From contig PLNR01000008.1 in assembly GCA_003141835.1 (NCBI GenBank), forward strand, positions 132,472 to 196,471: 64,000 nucleotides of DNA, given 5' to 3'. Origin of the DNA: Candidatus Omnitrophota bacterium. Its GTDB lineage: Bacteria > Omnitrophota > Gorgyraeia > Pluralincolimonadales > Pluralincolimonadaceae. Shown here one piece after another: positions 1 through 11,309 of this stretch. Position numbers and translations under genes: made by a program. Below the pieces are notes generated by a model that was given only the letters and a program-made list of their open reading frames with translations, was not told the DNA's origin and did no database searches. The stretch's first letter is position 1. Every line of letters starts with the position of its first letter.

Positions 1-1033
1 TGATGGTCGCCGAAGGGCCGCCGAACGCGGACTTCGATTCGATGACGTCGGGATACAAGGTCCCCTGTGCCAGGAAGCCTATCTTGCCGAGCTTCTTCGC
101 CTCTTCCTCGAATACGCTGATGAACTCGTGGCCTATTATCTTGCGTTTCTTTTCCGGGTCGACGACCCCTTTCAGTTTCTTAATGAACCGCGTCTCGGCG
201 TTCACGTATTTCAGGTTGATATGGAAATGTTTCTTGAAAGTCTTTACTACGCGTTCGGCCTCGCCTTTCCTCAGGACGCCGTTATTAATGAATATGCAGA
301 TCAGCCTCTTGCCGACGGCTCTATTGATCAACACCGCAGCCACCGATGAATCCACTCCGCCGGAGAGGCCGCAGACAACCCTATCCTCCCCAACTTTGTT
401 TTTTATATTTTTGACCGTTTCGTCTATGAAGGACTGCATCGTCCAGTTGCCCTGGCACCTGCAGATATTGCGGAGGAAATTCGCGATTATCTTTGTGCCC
501 TTGGGGGTATGGGCGACCTCGGGATGGAACTGGACGCCGTAGAGACGCCTTGCCTTGTCAGCTATCCCGGCATATTCAGTATTATCAGTATGCGCAATCT
601 TCTTGAAACCGGCGGGGAGCCGGGAGACGAAGTCCCCATGGCTCATCCAGCTGATTATTTTATTGTCGAGCCCCTCAAAAAGGTCCCCGAAATCATCGAT
701 CAGGAGCTCGGCATGCCCGTATTCGCGTTTATTGGCCTTGGTGACCTTCCCGCCGAGCATATGGGCCATCGCCTGCATCCCGTAGCAGATGCCCAGGACA
801 GGGATCCCCATTTCGAATATCTCTTTTTTAGGTTTTGGCGCGCGTACGCCGTAGATAGAGGCGGGGCCTCCGGAAAGAATAAGCCCTTTCGGGTTTAGCT
901 TCCTGATCTCTTCGGCCGTGATGTCATGCGAGACGATCATGGAGAATACTTTATTCTCCCTGACACGGCGGGCTATCAACTGGTTGTATTGCGAGCCGAA
1001 GTCTAAAACAAGGATAACTTCATGCTGCGGCAT
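1..1033 (-). CDS. guaA: GMP synthase (glutamine-hydrolysing), 3'-truncated at the window edge
   Basis: Minus-strand translation from the ATG at 1033..1031 gives MPQHEVILVLDFGSQYNQLIARRVRE...GIPVLGICYGMQ (class I glutamine amidotransferase) followed by the ATP-pyrophosphatase region (...VCGLSGGVDSSVAAVL...). The start overlaps the upstream stop as TAGATG. Confidence 0.9.
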   Translation of the reverse strand, partial: MPQHEVILVLDFGSQYNQLIARRVRENKVFSMIVSHDITAEEIRKLNPKGLILSGGPASIYGVRAPKPKKEIFEMGIPVLGICYGMQAMAHMLGGKVTKANKREYGHAELLIDDFGDLFEGLDNKIISWMSHGDFVSRLPAGFKKIAHTDNTEYAGIADKARRLYGVQFHPEVAHTPKGTKIIANFLRNICRCQGNWTMQSFIDETVKNIKNKVGEDRVVCGLSGGVDSSVAAVLINRAVGKRLICIFINNGVLRKGEAERVVKTFKKHFHINLKYVNAETRFIKKLKGVVDPEKKRKIIGHEFISVFEEEAKKLGKIGFLAQGTLYPDVIESKSAFGGPSATI

Positions 1034-2194
1034 CTATTTGCCCATTCCGACCCTTTGGACCTGTTGGAATATCTTCCCTTCCGTCTTGATCGACGGGGCT
1101 ATTATGATCTCTGTCTTCTGGAATTCTTTTATGCTCGAGGCCCCGACCGAACCCATGGATGTCTGCAGCGCGCCCATCAGGTTTTGGGAACCGTCGTCGA
1201 ACCTCGCAGGCCCGAATAATATTTCTTCGAGCGTGCCTGTCGTCCCGACATGTATCCTCGTGCCGCGGGGTAGATTTGCGTGCGGTGTGGCCATTCCCCA
1301 ATGGTAGCCGCGCCCCGGCGCTTCTATCGCGCGGGCGAAAGCCGAACCGACCATGACCGCGTCAGAACCGCAGGCGAAGGCCTTGCAGATGTCGCCGCCT
1401 GTCCTCATCCCGCCGTCGGTTATTATGGGGATATATTTCTTGGTCTTCTTGAAGAAAGCGTCCCTTGCCGCGGCGCAGTCTACCGTCGCCGTGACCTGCG
1501 GGACGCCGATGCCTAAGACGCCTCTTGTCGTGCAGGCGGCTCCGGGACCGATGCCTACCAATATCCCTGCGGCGCCGGCAACCATCAGCTCGTATGCGAC
1601 CTCATACCCGACGCAATTACCGACGATGACCGGGATCTTTGAGGACTTGGCGAATCTCTTGATATCGAGCGCCTGGTATTCCTTGGATATATGTTTGACC
1701 GTGCTGACCGTCGATTGTATGACAAATATGTCGGCGCCGGATTCCTGGGCGATCTTGCCGAACCTTTCGGCGCGCTGCGGGATGGCGCTCACTGCCGCCG
1801 GGACGTCCGCGTCTTTTATCTGGCGGATGCGCTTCTCGATCAACTTTTCCTGGATCGGTTTAGTGTATATAGATTGGATTATCTCTGTGGCTTTTTCCGG
1901 GTCTGCCCTGACAAGCTGTTCCAGGACTTCGTCCGGGTCCTCGTACCTAGTCTGGACGCCCTCGAGGTTCAGGACCGCGATGCCCCCGAGTTTCCCCATG
2001 GCGATGGCGAACTTGACGTCTACCACGCCGTCCATGGCAGCAGCCAGGATCGGGACGTTGAATTTTTTCCCGTCAATTTTCCAAGTTGTGTCGACTTCGG
2101 CGGGGTTGATCGTGACTCTTCCGGGGGCTAACGCGATTTCATCGAACCCATAACAGCGGCGGGCCTTACGTTTGATGCCTATATATTCACTCAT
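1034..2194 (-). CDS. IMP dehydrogenase/GMP reductase family protein lacking the CBS subdomain (probable IMPDH)
   Basis: The 386-aa ORF has a TIM-barrel IMPDH core with the catalytic loop GIGPGAACTTR and no ~120-aa CBS pair insertion. It lies immediately upstream of guaA. SD AAGGAGG lies 8 nt before the ATG. Confidence 0.8.
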   Translation of the reverse strand: MSEYIGIKRKARRCYGFDEIALAPGRVTINPAEVDTTWKIDGKKFNVPILAAAMDGVVDVKFAIAMGKLGGIAVLNLEGVQTRYEDPDEVLEQLVRADPEKATEIIQSIYTKPIQEKLIEKRIRQIKDADVPAAVSAIPQRAERFGKIAQESGADIFVIQSTVSTVKHISKEYQALDIKRFAKSSKIPVIVGNCVGYEVAYELMVAGAAGILVGIGPGAACTTRGVLGIGVPQVTATVDCAAARDAFFKKTKKYIPIITDGGMRTGGDICKAFACGSDAVMVGSAFARAIEAPGRGYHWGMATPHANLPRGTRIHVGTTGTLEEILFGPARFDDGSQNLMGALQTSMGSVGASSIKEFQKTEIIIAPSIKTEGKIFQQVQRVGMGK

Positions 2195-2224
2195 CTAGCA
2201 GGAACCTCCTTGAAATAGGGTTAT

Positions 2225-2253
2225 ATGATACAAAAATCCCCGCTAAAAGTCAA
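2225..2253 (-). promoter_or_regulatory. sigma70-type promoter for the IMPDH-family/guaA operon
   Basis: The minus strand reads TTGACT (2253..2248), a 17-nt spacer, then TATCAT (2230..2225), about 30 nt upstream of the SD and ATG at 2194. Confidence 0.55.
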
Positions 2254-2259
2254 GGAAAT

Positions 2260-2580
2260 CAGAAGGCGATTTAAGACCGGGCGGGTCCTGCCTGCCGAGC
2301 ACCTCGCCCCTTTTGCTTCGGGCAAAAGGGCCAAGGGCTCCGTCGGCAGTCACCCGCTTGAACCAAAAGCATCGGTCGCAAATTCATTGCTCGGAAAACG
2401 AGGGTCTTTTGCCCCTCATCGCATTGGAAAGACTCGAGCGGGCACGGATCCCGAGAGAAGCGAGGGAGAGCGAGAGTATTTCAAGCGGCGCGGGCCTCGC
2501 AGGGGCCCGCAAGCGCGCGATGAGGGGAAAAGAACCCGAGTTTTAGACCGCTGTGAATTTGCGGCCGGACTTTACGAATA
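2260..2580. ncRNA. candidate structured non-coding RNA or large imperfect palindromic element (unclassified)
   Basis: The region is GC-rich and non-coding in composition. A long imperfect helix pairs 2377-2422 with 2517-2563 (cgcaaattca/tgaatttgcg, gcccctcatcgc/gcgatgagggg, ggaaaacgagggtctttt/aaaagaacccgagtttt). It encloses a ~94-nt apex containing the hairpin gcgcgggcc-tcgcagg-ggcccgc and a purine tract gagagaagcgagggagagcgagag. A further hairpin sits at 2297-2340. The only ORF here is a 118-aa low-complexity Arg/Lys/Gly-rich frame on the plus strand. Confidence 0.3.
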
Positions 2581-2583
2581 AAT

Positions 2584-2621
2584 ATAAAACGCCCCCTGAT
2601 TATGCATCAGAGGGCGTTTTT
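2584..2621 (-). terminator. bidirectional rho-independent terminator downstream of the groES-groEL-groES operon
   Basis: Stem cgccccctgat (2590-2600), loop tatgc, stem atcagagggcg (2606-2616). It is flanked by an A-run on one side and TTTTT on the other, giving a U-tract on either strand. It starts 15 nt after the groES stop. Confidence 0.75.
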
Positions 2622-2635
2622 GTATCCTGCTTGAG

Positions 2636-2923
2636 TTACTTGACTATCGCGAGGATGTCGTCAGCGTCGATTATCAGGTATTCCTTATCATCGACCTTGA
2701 CTTCGCTGCCGGAATATTTCCCGAAGATGATTATATCCCCGGCCTTTACGTCCGGCGCGACTACCTTTCCGTTCTCGAGAGTCTTGCCCGAGCCGACTGC
2801 GATGACTTTCGCTTCCTGCGGCTTTTCTTTCGCAGTGTCAGGAATGATTATCCCGCCTCTGGTCTTATCTTCGGCCTTTAGCACCTCGACGATAACTTTA
2901 CCGCCTAACGGTTTCAAGTTCAT
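2636..2923 (-). CDS. groES: co-chaperonin GroES (second, operon-distal copy)
   Basis: 95 aa: [14 protein letters not shown]...[25 protein letters not shown]...ILAIVK. The mobile loop is intact. SD AGGAGG is placed 17 nt after the groEL stop. Confidence 0.9.
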   Translation of the reverse strand: MNLKPLGGKVIVEVLKAEDKTRGGIIIPDTAKEKPQEAKVIAVGSGKTLENGKVVAPDVKAGDIIIFGKYSGSEVKVDDKEYLIIDADDILAIVK

Positions 2924-2940
2924 GTATCCTCCTTATAGGT

Positions 2941-4578
<1,638 letters not shown>

Positions 4579-4595
4579 CTACCGCCTCCCTTTTA

Positions 4596-4883
4596 TTATT
4601 TGACTATCGCTAAGACTTCCGATTCCCTTAATATTAAAAGATCTTCCCCTTTATAGTTGATCTCGGTGCCGCCGTAACGGCCGTAAAGGACCGTATCCCC
4701 GGCCTTCACTTCCAGTTCCTTAATCTTTCCGTCATCCAGGAGCTTGCCTTTACCAACGGATACTACCTTTCCCTTGGACGGCTTCTCCTGCGCCGTGTCC
4801 GGCAGGATTATCCCGCCCTTTGTCTTCTGTTCCTGATCCAGGGGCTTGACCAAAATCCTGTCACCTAACGGTTGAACCGCCAT
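4596..4883 (-). CDS. groES: co-chaperonin GroES (first, operon-proximal copy)
   Basis: 95 aa: MAVQPLGDRILVKPLDQEQKTKGGIILPDTAQEKPSKGKVVSVG...VLAIVK. SD AAGGAGG lies 7 nt before the ATG. Confidence 0.93.
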   Translation of the reverse strand: MAVQPLGDRILVKPLDQEQKTKGGIILPDTAQEKPSKGKVVSVGKGKLLDDGKIKELEVKAGDTVLYGRYGGTEINYKGEDLLILRESEVLAIVK

Positions 4884-4951
4884 TTGTACACCTCCTTAAT
4901 GATTGTTTTTGGCTTAAATTTAGCTAGATTTACCTAGGAATTAAGCGGAAA

Positions 4952-4978
4952 TTAGCACTCCAATTTACCGAGTGCCAA
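4952..4978 (-). promoter_or_regulatory. CIRCE operator (HrcA binding site) of the groESL operon
   Basis: TTAGCACTC-N9-GAGTGCCAA, an inverted repeat with the canonical 9-nt spacer and one mismatch to the consensus. It sits between the promoter and the groES SD. Confidence 0.85.
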
Positions 4979-4989
4979 ATTTGACCTAT

Positions 4990-5018
4990 ATTATAGGTTT
5001 TCTGCGGAATTTGTCAAG
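4990..5018 (-). promoter_or_regulatory. consensus sigma70 promoter of the groES-groEL-groES operon
   Basis: The minus strand reads TTGACA (5018..5013), a 17-nt spacer, then TATAAT (4995..4990), both perfect consensus hexamers. CIRCE begins about 12 nt downstream. Confidence 0.8.
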
Positions 5019-5092
5019 AAAAAAAACCATTCCTGAAATTTAAATCTCGCTTGGCCTCATTTATTACTCGCTTAAACTGATAGCAGCTGCGT

Positions 5093-5118
5093 CCCGCTCT
5101 TTCGTTAGAAAGAGCGGG
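5093..5118 (-). terminator. GC-rich hairpin directly 3' of coaX (weak terminator or processing structure)
   Basis: cccgctcttt-cgttag-aaagagcggg, a 10-bp stem that starts 7 nt after the coaX stop. No clean U-tract follows on the minus strand. Confidence 0.3.
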
Positions 5119-5124
5119 GCTGCG

Positions 5125-5877
5125 TCATAAACCGGCTCTGCGCGAGACGTTAAATTTCAGGTTATATATTATATTTAGCCCAAGCAATGTAAGATTGGGA
5201 TTTATTTTGTCGATCGCCGTAGAGTATTTTGCCATCAACGCGGCGTGGCCGCCGGTGGCGATGACTTTCATCGGGCCATAATTGGCTTTTAGCTTCGCGA
5301 TGACACCATCGCAGAGAGCTCCGATGCCGTAGAATACGCCGCTTCTCATGCTATCGACAGTGTCTCGCCCTATCAGTCCGCTGGGGGGCTCAACTTCTAT
5401 CTTAGGAAGGAGCGCGGCTTTTTGCGAGAGTGCGTTCAGCGAGGTCTCGATGCCCGGGAATATCAAACCGCCGAGGTACTCCCCTTTTTTTGAGATGACA
5501 TCAAAAGTTATGGCTGTCCCGAAATCTATTACAATTACAGGATAGCCATAGAGTACTTTTACAGCCACCGCGTCAACGAGCCGGTCCTGGCCCACCTGTT
5601 TAGGTTTGCGATAAAGGTTTTTTATAGGGGCCTCGATATTCTCCCCCAGGACAAGCGGGCGGATCTTATATTTTTTTGCGATTGCCTTCTTGAAGATAGG
5701 CGTTGCCTTGGGCACGACGCTCGATATTATTGCCGTCTCGATATCCTGCGGAAATTTTATCGTTTTCCCGGAAAGTACGTCCTGCGTCGAGATCTTCCAG
5801 TATGACCTGAGCCTCTTCCCTTGGAATATTCCGAACGCGACCGATGTGTTTCCTATGTCGATAGCTAATAACATCAT
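5125..5877 (-). CDS. coaX: type III pantothenate kinase
   Basis: 250 aa: MLLAIDIGNTSVAFGIF...IDFGTAITFDV...GG... The start overlaps the birA stop as ATGA. Confidence 0.9.
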   Translation of the reverse strand: MMLLAIDIGNTSVAFGIFQGKRLRSYWKISTQDVLSGKTIKFPQDIETAIISSVVPKATPIFKKAIAKKYKIRPLVLGENIEAPIKNLYRKPKQVGQDRLVDAVAVKVLYGYPVIVIDFGTAITFDVISKKGEYLGGLIFPGIETSLNALSQKAALLPKIEVEPPSGLIGRDTVDSMRSGVFYGIGALCDGVIAKLKANYGPMKVIATGGHAALMAKYSTAIDKINPNLTLLGLNIIYNLKFNVSRRAGL

Positions 5878-6839
5878 CTCACCATCAGCACGTCACCGGC
5901 TGTGATATGCTTCGTGAACCCGTTGTCCATGCGCACGACGAGCGCTCCGCTCGCGTCGAGGTCTATGGCCGTGCCTTCTATCTTCCTGTCCTGGCATACT
6001 ATCTTCACCTCTTCACCGAGGGTGTGCGAGAGGTCTTTCCATTCTTCTATGATCATTTTAAAACCTTTTCCCCTGAATATAATATATTGCCTCTCGAATT
6101 CCCTCAAAAGTTCCTGCGTAAGTTCTACGCGCGAAAAACTCCTGCCTGCTTCCGCCTTTAACGAAGTGGCTTCCTTGGGAAGGTGCTCCCTGTCGGTGTT
6201 AACGTTTATGCCGATGCCGAGGACGATATAATTTACCGTGTTGACCTCCGCGCTCATCTCAGTTAGTATCCCGCAGGCCTTGCGGTCGTTTATCATTATG
6301 TCGTTCGGCCATTTGATGAGCGCCCCGAGATCGGTCACTTTCCTTATAGCGAGCGCAACGGCGACAGCCGACATGAGGGTTATCTTCGGCGCTTCTGCCG
6401 GAGCTACATCAGGCCTCAGGATGGGCGAAAAATATATGCCTTTCCCTTTCGGCGAGACCCAGTGCCGCCCCATCCTGCCTCGCCCTTTCGTCTGGCTTTC
6501 GCTGAAGACCACAGTCCCGTCAGGCGACCCGGAGCGGGCGAGCTTATGCGCCACGTCCATCGTCGAATCGGTCGTCTCGTAGGAGTATATCTTTTTGCCT
6601 ACGATCTTCGTCCCGAGTCCGTGCGATATCTCCTCGGGTATGAGTTTATCAGGCGTTCCCGTAAGGCGGTAACCGACATGCGGTTCGCCGGTGATCTCGT
6701 AACCTTCTTTACGCAGCTGCTCGATATGTTTCCAGACAGCAGCGCGCGTGATCCCCAGTTTTTCGCTTATCTCCTCGCCGGAGATGAACTCGCCGTTCGA
6801 TGAACGGAAGATATTAAGGATTTTATCGTCCATATCCAC
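5874..6839 (-). CDS. birA: bifunctional biotin-[acetyl-CoA-carboxylase] ligase and biotin operon repressor
   Basis: 321 aa with an N-terminal HTH (ISGEEISEKLGITRAAVWKHIEQLR), a BPL catalytic core (GRGRMGRHWVSPKG) and a C-terminal SH3-like domain. Confidence 0.9.
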   Translation of the reverse strand: MDMDDKILNIFRSSNGEFISGEEISEKLGITRAAVWKHIEQLRKEGYEITGEPHVGYRLTGTPDKLIPEEISHGLGTKIVGKKIYSYETTDSTMDVAHKLARSGSPDGTVVFSESQTKGRGRMGRHWVSPKGKGIYFSPILRPDVAPAEAPKITLMSAVAVALAIRKVTDLGALIKWPNDIMINDRKACGILTEMSAEVNTVNYIVLGIGINVNTDREHLPKEATSLKAEAGRSFSRVELTQELLREFERQYIIFRGKGFKMIIEEWKDLSHTLGEEVKIVCQDRKIEGTAIDLDASGALVVRMDNGFTKHITAGDVLMVR

Positions 6840-6843
6840 CTGT

Positions 6844-9342
6844 TTAATTGGAATACTCTATGCGGTCGATCATAAACGATCCCTCGCCCTTCTCCTGCCC
6901 CGGCGCGACGAAAAGCAGCAGTTTTTTTACCGCGTCGCGCCCCGGGACTATCTGGCCGGCCTTATGTGTGTCGAACTTCATGACCGTCCATTTGTCTGTG
7001 TCCGAGGCCTCCTGCCGCTCCATGTCATATTGGAAATCGTCAGCGCACCATAATTTCCCGAGAAGGTCTACCTTTCCCTTCACTGTCACCAGCAGGTAAC
7101 GGTGAAGGGCCGTCATATCCGGGTCGAGCCGGAAACCGAGATAATCCCAGCCTTTGGCCTTGACGTAATTTATCCGGAGGCACTCTCCCTTTTCCGGGTC
7201 TTTAACGACGATTATATCCCATTTGGAGTCAGATGTCTCTATCGCTCCCGGAAGTTGTTTCCCGCATTTGAATACGGTGCGGTCCAAAGAGTTTTTGTTT
7301 GGCACGACCCTTTTCGGCGGCGAAAAAGGCGCGATGTGGCCGTATTCGTCAATAGCCGCGATCGAGACGTAGACAGGCCCTGTTGCGCTAATTAAGATCG
7401 TGCGCCTTTCTTCATTAGGATATTGTTTTGCGGGAAGCAGTTCCCGGGCATCAGCGTTGATAAGATCGGAGTTGTCCGCGGTCTCCAACAAATAACGCGA
7501 GAGATCGTCGCCGTCCTTATCGCGGGGAACGCGCCATTTCAGGTTGATCGACCCGCCGACCCTGCCGGTCGCCGCCTGCAGGTCGCGGATCTTTTCAGGA
7601 GGAAGCGAGTCCATCCGCGGCTCGAATGATATGTTATCTAGAGCGGCGTTCTTGCCGGCCGTCTCGCATTTGACCGCGATAGAACACACTGACGACGCCT
7701 TCTCCTTCGAAGGTATCATGAAATAATAGTGTTCCCATCCAAGGCCCTCGATCTTACCGGACTGCTTAAGCGGTATCTTGCGGTCATCCAGCGTGACATG
7801 ACATTCAAGGACATTGAGCCCGCGGGCCCACATAGATATGTACCGGTTGTTATCGAATTTCATGAGGTCATTATTAGTCAGCAGCCCTTCTATGACCACC
7901 GGCCCTCCCCCTGATGCAACCTCAAAGCATTTCCGGCCGTGCTGGGGGCTGTTTTCGCTTATCCGGCCCTCTCCTCCCGTTACGTTCCAGATGGCATACG
8001 GCGGGGCCTCAGGGGGGAGCTCGAAATCGTCGATCACTCCGGAGATCTTCGCGCGTTTGATGAAATTTTTCATGACCTTGCTCTGCGAGAAGAGGTCCCA
8101 TATCATGCCGCTCCTGTAATTCTCTATCATCATTATCATCGGCCCCGTCTCGATGCCGACATAGAGAGGGCTTACAAAATCATTCTTTAGGTTGACTGAA
8201 CTCGTTAACCCGTATTTCCCGTATACCCTGTCGCCGAACTTTTCTTTGATATATTTCATAGATCCCAGGGAGATCCCCGGGACGAACGGCAGCGCGCTGA
8301 CGATCGCGGTCATCCCTACCGTGCCGTCATTCTGGACCTGCCCCGGAGGCCCGCCGTGGGAATAGCTGTCCTTGCCGAAGCAGTCAGTCAAGCCCCAGAG
8401 CTCCGGAGGATACCCGTTCTCTTTTATGTTAAAGGCCCTGTCCGCGAGGATCTTGTTCACAGCTTCCAGGAAGTAGTCGATCTTCCGGTCGCGTTTACGG
8501 TTAAAATCGATGAACGAATGCGGTACCTCGCGCGAGTAGAGCGCGGCGGAACTAACCGCTTCGCAGCCCTCATATACATCCAGCGTATAACTGTCTACGT
8601 ATTTCTCCCATGTCTCCTGCGGGATGCGATGGGTGTCGGAACCTAACGCCAGGACATAGATAAGCAGGGAATTATCCACGAACCCGGTCATGTCATAGGG
8701 CAGCAACCCGTCAACTTCGTAGTAGCTCTTGGATACGTGCAAAGGGACCCACCCGAACGAAAGCAGGCCCGGCTTTTTGTTCTTGCCCATATCTACGAAC
8801 TTATCCCATTCGACCTCGTCGTATATCTTCTGCGCAAGGTCCCCCGCGGGGGTGCCCTTAAAATATTCCGCGATCAAGACTACGCCCCCGATGAAGTCGG
8901 CGCTGTCGCACATCGCTACGCAATCGATCGGTTCAAATTGAGATGTCTTGCCGTTGACGTAATGCCAAAAAAGCCCGTACTTCCCTTCGACATATGCATG
9001 TTTCGGGTCTTTAGGATCTTTGCAGAACGAATTAAGTATAAGCAGGGTGCGCTGGTACCCCTCGTCGCGGGTGATCCATCCCCTCTTGATCCCGATCGGG
9101 ATCGCGGCGAGCTCGAATCCCGTTGCTGCCACCTTCCCTATCCGGTTCTGCGTGTGGTCGATGGCGATCCCGGTCTCGGGGAATATCTCGGTCCAAAAAT
9201 AGTTGAATATCCTGTGCTCGAGGTCATCGAGGGATTTCTCCTGCTCTGCCGTGGGCGTGTAAAGGGGGATGCAGGTACCGGCGAAAACAGGGCCTTGGAT
9301 ACATAAGCATAGTATCAGGGAAAGAAAAGTTTTATTGGCCAT
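6844..9342 (-). CDS. secreted glycoside-hydrolase-like protein (glucoamylase-like/six-hairpin N-terminal region with C-terminal beta-sandwich domains)
   Basis: 832 aa with signal peptide [22 protein letters not shown]. The architecture is a large all-alpha region followed by beta-rich domains. The exact family cannot be assigned by eye. It overlaps uvrB by 11 nt. Confidence 0.5.
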   Translation of the reverse strand: MANKTFLSLILCLCIQGPVFAGTCIPLYTPTAEQEKSLDDLEHRIFNYFWTEIFPETGIAIDHTQNRIGKVAATGFELAAIPIGIKRGWITRDEGYQRTLLILNSFCKDPKDPKHAYVEGKYGLFWHYVNGKTSQFEPIDCVAMCDSADFIGGVVLIAEYFKGTPAGDLAQKIYDEVEWDKFVDMGKNKKPGLLSFGWVPLHVSKSYYEVDGLLPYDMTGFVDNSLLIYVLALGSDTHRIPQETWEKYVDSYTLDVYEGCEAVSSAALYSREVPHSFIDFNRKRDRKIDYFLEAVNKILADRAFNIKENGYPPELWGLTDCFGKDSYSHGGPPGQVQNDGTVGMTAIVSALPFVPGISLGSMKYIKEKFGDRVYGKYGLTSSVNLKNDFVSPLYVGIETGPMIMMIENYRSGMIWDLFSQSKVMKNFIKRAKISGVIDDFELPPEAPPYAIWNVTGGEGRISENSPQHGRKCFEVASGGGPVVIEGLLTNNDLMKFDNNRYISMWARGLNVLECHVTLDDRKIPLKQSGKIEGLGWEHYYFMIPSKEKASSVCSIAVKCETAGKNAALDNISFEPRMDSLPPEKIRDLQAATGRVGGSINLKWRVPRDKDGDDLSRYLLETADNSDLINADARELLPAKQYPNEERRTILISATGPVYVSIAAIDEYGHIAPFSPPKRVVPNKNSLDRTVFKCGKQLPGAIETSDSKWDIIVVKDPEKGECLRINYVKAKGWDYLGFRLDPDMTALHRYLLVTVKGKVDLLGKLWCADDFQYDMERQEASDTDKWTVMKFDTHKAGQIVPGRDAVKKLLLFVAPGQEKGEGSFMIDRIEYSN

Positions 9343-11308
9343 TTAGTCTCTTTTTAAGGTCGGTGATCTTGTCGCGGATGACCGCGGCTTTTTCGAACTG
9401 GAGGTTGCGCGCGGCGAGGTCCATCTCGTATTCGAGTTCTTCTATGATCTTTTCTGTCTCATAGCCGCCGGCCTTGATGCCTAAAGCCTCCATCTCCACT
9501 TCTTCGGCATCCTGGAGCATCTCGATGCCCTCGCGGATGGCCTTCTGTATCGATCTCGGAGTGATATTATTCTTCTTATTATACTCCAATTGCAGGGCGC
9601 GTCTACGGTTTGTTTCGTCTATCGCGCGCTTGAGCGAGCCGGTGATGTTATCGGCATACATTATGACCCGGCCGTTTATATGGCGCGCGGCGCGCCCCGA
9701 AAGCTGGATAAGCGACGTCTCGGAACGCAAAAACCCCTCTTTATCCGCGTCGAGTATGGCGACGAGCGTGACCTCCGGGAGGTCCAGCCCTTCCCTTAAA
9801 AGGTTGACGCCGACAAGGCAGTCGAACTTGCCCTGGCGCAGTTCCTTGAGTATCTTTACCCGCTCTATCGCGTCGATATCCGAATGGATATATTTCACGC
9901 GTAGGTCGAGCTCCTCAAGGTATGCCGATAGGTCCTCTGCCATGCGCTTGGTAAGCGTCGTGACGAGGACGCGCTCATTCTTCTTCGCGCGTTCGCGGAC
10001 CTGCAGGATTATGTCGTCGACCTGGCCTTCGGTCGGTTTTATTATTATCTCAGGGTCGACAAGCCCTGTCGGCCGTATCAACTGCTCGACGACTTTTGCC
10101 CCGGATTTAAGTATCTCATATTCGGACGGTGTTGCTGAGGCGAATATCGCCTCTTTCATGAGCGACTCAAACTCGTCGAAACGCAGCGGCCTGTTGTCGA
10201 GGCACGACGGCAGGCGGAAACCGAATTCGACGAGAGTTTTTTTGCGCGAACGGTCGCCCTCATACATCCCCCTTATCTGCGGGATCGTGACGTGCGACTC
10301 GTCTATTATCAGCAAAAAATCTTTCCGGAAATAATCTATGAGGCAATACGGCCGCACGCCGGCAGGCCTGCCGCCCAAGTGGCGCGAATAGTTCTCCACG
10401 CCGTGGCAGTACCCGATCTCCTGCAGCATCTCCATATCGTATTTCGTGCGGCTCTCGAGGCGCTGGGCCTCAAGGAGCTTCCCTTTGGCGCGGAAATACT
10501 CCAGCTGAACGGCAAGCTCCTCTTTTATCAGTTTAATCGCTTCTTCTATCTTCGGCGGCGAGGTAAGGAAATGTTTTGCCGGATAGACGGCCGCGCGGTC
10601 GAGTTGGGATATGACTTTCTGCGAGACCGGGTCGAACTCGGTTATCTTCTCTATCTGGTCGCCGAACATCGATACCCTTATCGCCTTCTCGGAATACGCC
10701 GGGAATATCTCGACCGTGTCGCCGCGGACCCTGACCTTGCCGCGGACGAACTCGATGTCGTTGCGCTCGTATTGTATGCTGAGCAAGCGCCGCAGGACCT
10801 CGTCGCGGTCTACCTTCTGCCCCTTATCCAGCACGACCATCATGTTCGAATAATCCTCGGGCGAGCCGAGATTGTATATGCAGGATACGCTTGCGACTAT
10901 GATCACGTCGTCCCGAGACATGAGCGACGACGTTGCGGCAAGGCGCAGGCGGTCGAGCCGGTCGTTTACCGCGGAATCCTTTTCTATATACGTGTCTGTC
11001 TGGGGGATATACGCTTCGGGCTGGTAATAATCGTAATAACTTACGAAGTATTCAACGGCGTTCTCCGGGAAGAACTCCTTGAATTCGCTGTAAAGCTGGG
11101 CCGCGAGGGTCTTATTGTGGGAGATGACCAGGACCGGCTTCCCCGTCTTTTCGATGACATTGGCCATCGTGAAGGTTTTGCCTGAGCCGGTGACGCCCAG
11201 GAGCGTCTGGTAGCGCTTGCCGCCCAGGAACCCTTCGGAAAGCTCCTTTATCGCCTGCGGCTGGTCGCCTTCAGGCTTAAAAGATGAAACGAGCTTGAAC
11301 TTCGCCAT
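9332..11308 (-). CDS. uvrB: excinuclease ABC subunit B
   Basis: 658 aa: ...[15 protein letters not shown]..., helicase motifs, and a C-terminal UVR domain ([17 protein letters not shown]). Confidence 0.96.
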   Translation of the reverse strand: MAKFKLVSSFKPEGDQPQAIKELSEGFLGGKRYQTLLGVTGSGKTFTMANVIEKTGKPVLVISHNKTLAAQLYSEFKEFFPENAVEYFVSYYDYYQPEAYIPQTDTYIEKDSAVNDRLDRLRLAATSSLMSRDDVIIVASVSCIYNLGSPEDYSNMMVVLDKGQKVDRDEVLRRLLSIQYERNDIEFVRGKVRVRGDTVEIFPAYSEKAIRVSMFGDQIEKITEFDPVSQKVISQLDRAAVYPAKHFLTSPPKIEEAIKLIKEELAVQLEYFRAKGKLLEAQRLESRTKYDMEMLQEIGYCHGVENYSRHLGGRPAGVRPYCLIDYFRKDFLLIIDESHVTIPQIRGMYEGDRSRKKTLVEFGFRLPSCLDNRPLRFDEFESLMKEAIFASATPSEYEILKSGAKVVEQLIRPTGLVDPEIIIKPTEGQVDDIILQVRERAKKNERVLVTTLTKRMAEDLSAYLEELDLRVKYIHSDIDAIERVKILKELRQGKFDCLVGVNLLREGLDLPEVTLVAILDADKEGFLRSETSLIQLSGRAARHINGRVIMYADNITGSLKRAIDETNRRRALQLEYNKKNNITPRSIQKAIREGIEMLQDAEEVEMEALGIKAGGYETEKIIEELEYEMDLAARNLQFEKAAVIRDKITDLKKRLNGQ

Positions 11309-11309
11309 A

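Noticed and set aside
2260-2580. Attempt to classify the structured element as RNase P RNA, SRP RNA, tmRNA, or a purine/ZTP/TPP riboswitch
   Set aside because: There are weak resemblances to RNase P P4 strands (aaagtccgg on the minus strand, agaacccgag on the plus strand). But the spacing (~110 nt) and the absence of other universal motifs (GGUGAAA..., tRNA-like end, SRP domain IV, riboswitch cores) argue against all of these. The predicted promoter also lies downstream of it, so it is not a leader riboswitch.
2225-2581. 118-aa plus-strand ORF (MIQKSPLKVKEIRRRFKTGRVLPAEHL...) covering the structured intergenic element
   Set aside because: It is extremely basic and low-complexity (R/K/G/E-rich) with no hydrophobic core or start context. 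Its orientation opposes every neighbouring gene and it coincides exactly with a palindromic GC-rich region, so it is more likely non-coding.
5083-5127. Possible longer terminator stem including the ctgcgtc repeats around the coaX 3' hairpin
   Set aside because: The flanking ctgcgtc sequences are direct repeats, not inverted ones, and do not extend the helix. Only the 10-bp stem is supported, and it lacks a U-tract.
10292-11185. Long antisense ORFs inside real genes (e.g. 10292-11185+ in uvrB, 1353-2153+ in the IMPDH gene, 19759-20445+ in lysC, 53986-54684+ in htrA, 59883-60731- in pabB)
   Set aside because: These are shadow ORFs produced by GC-rich third positions of the sense-strand genes. 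Their translations are low-complexity (S/P/A/R-rich), with no recognisable domains or start signals.
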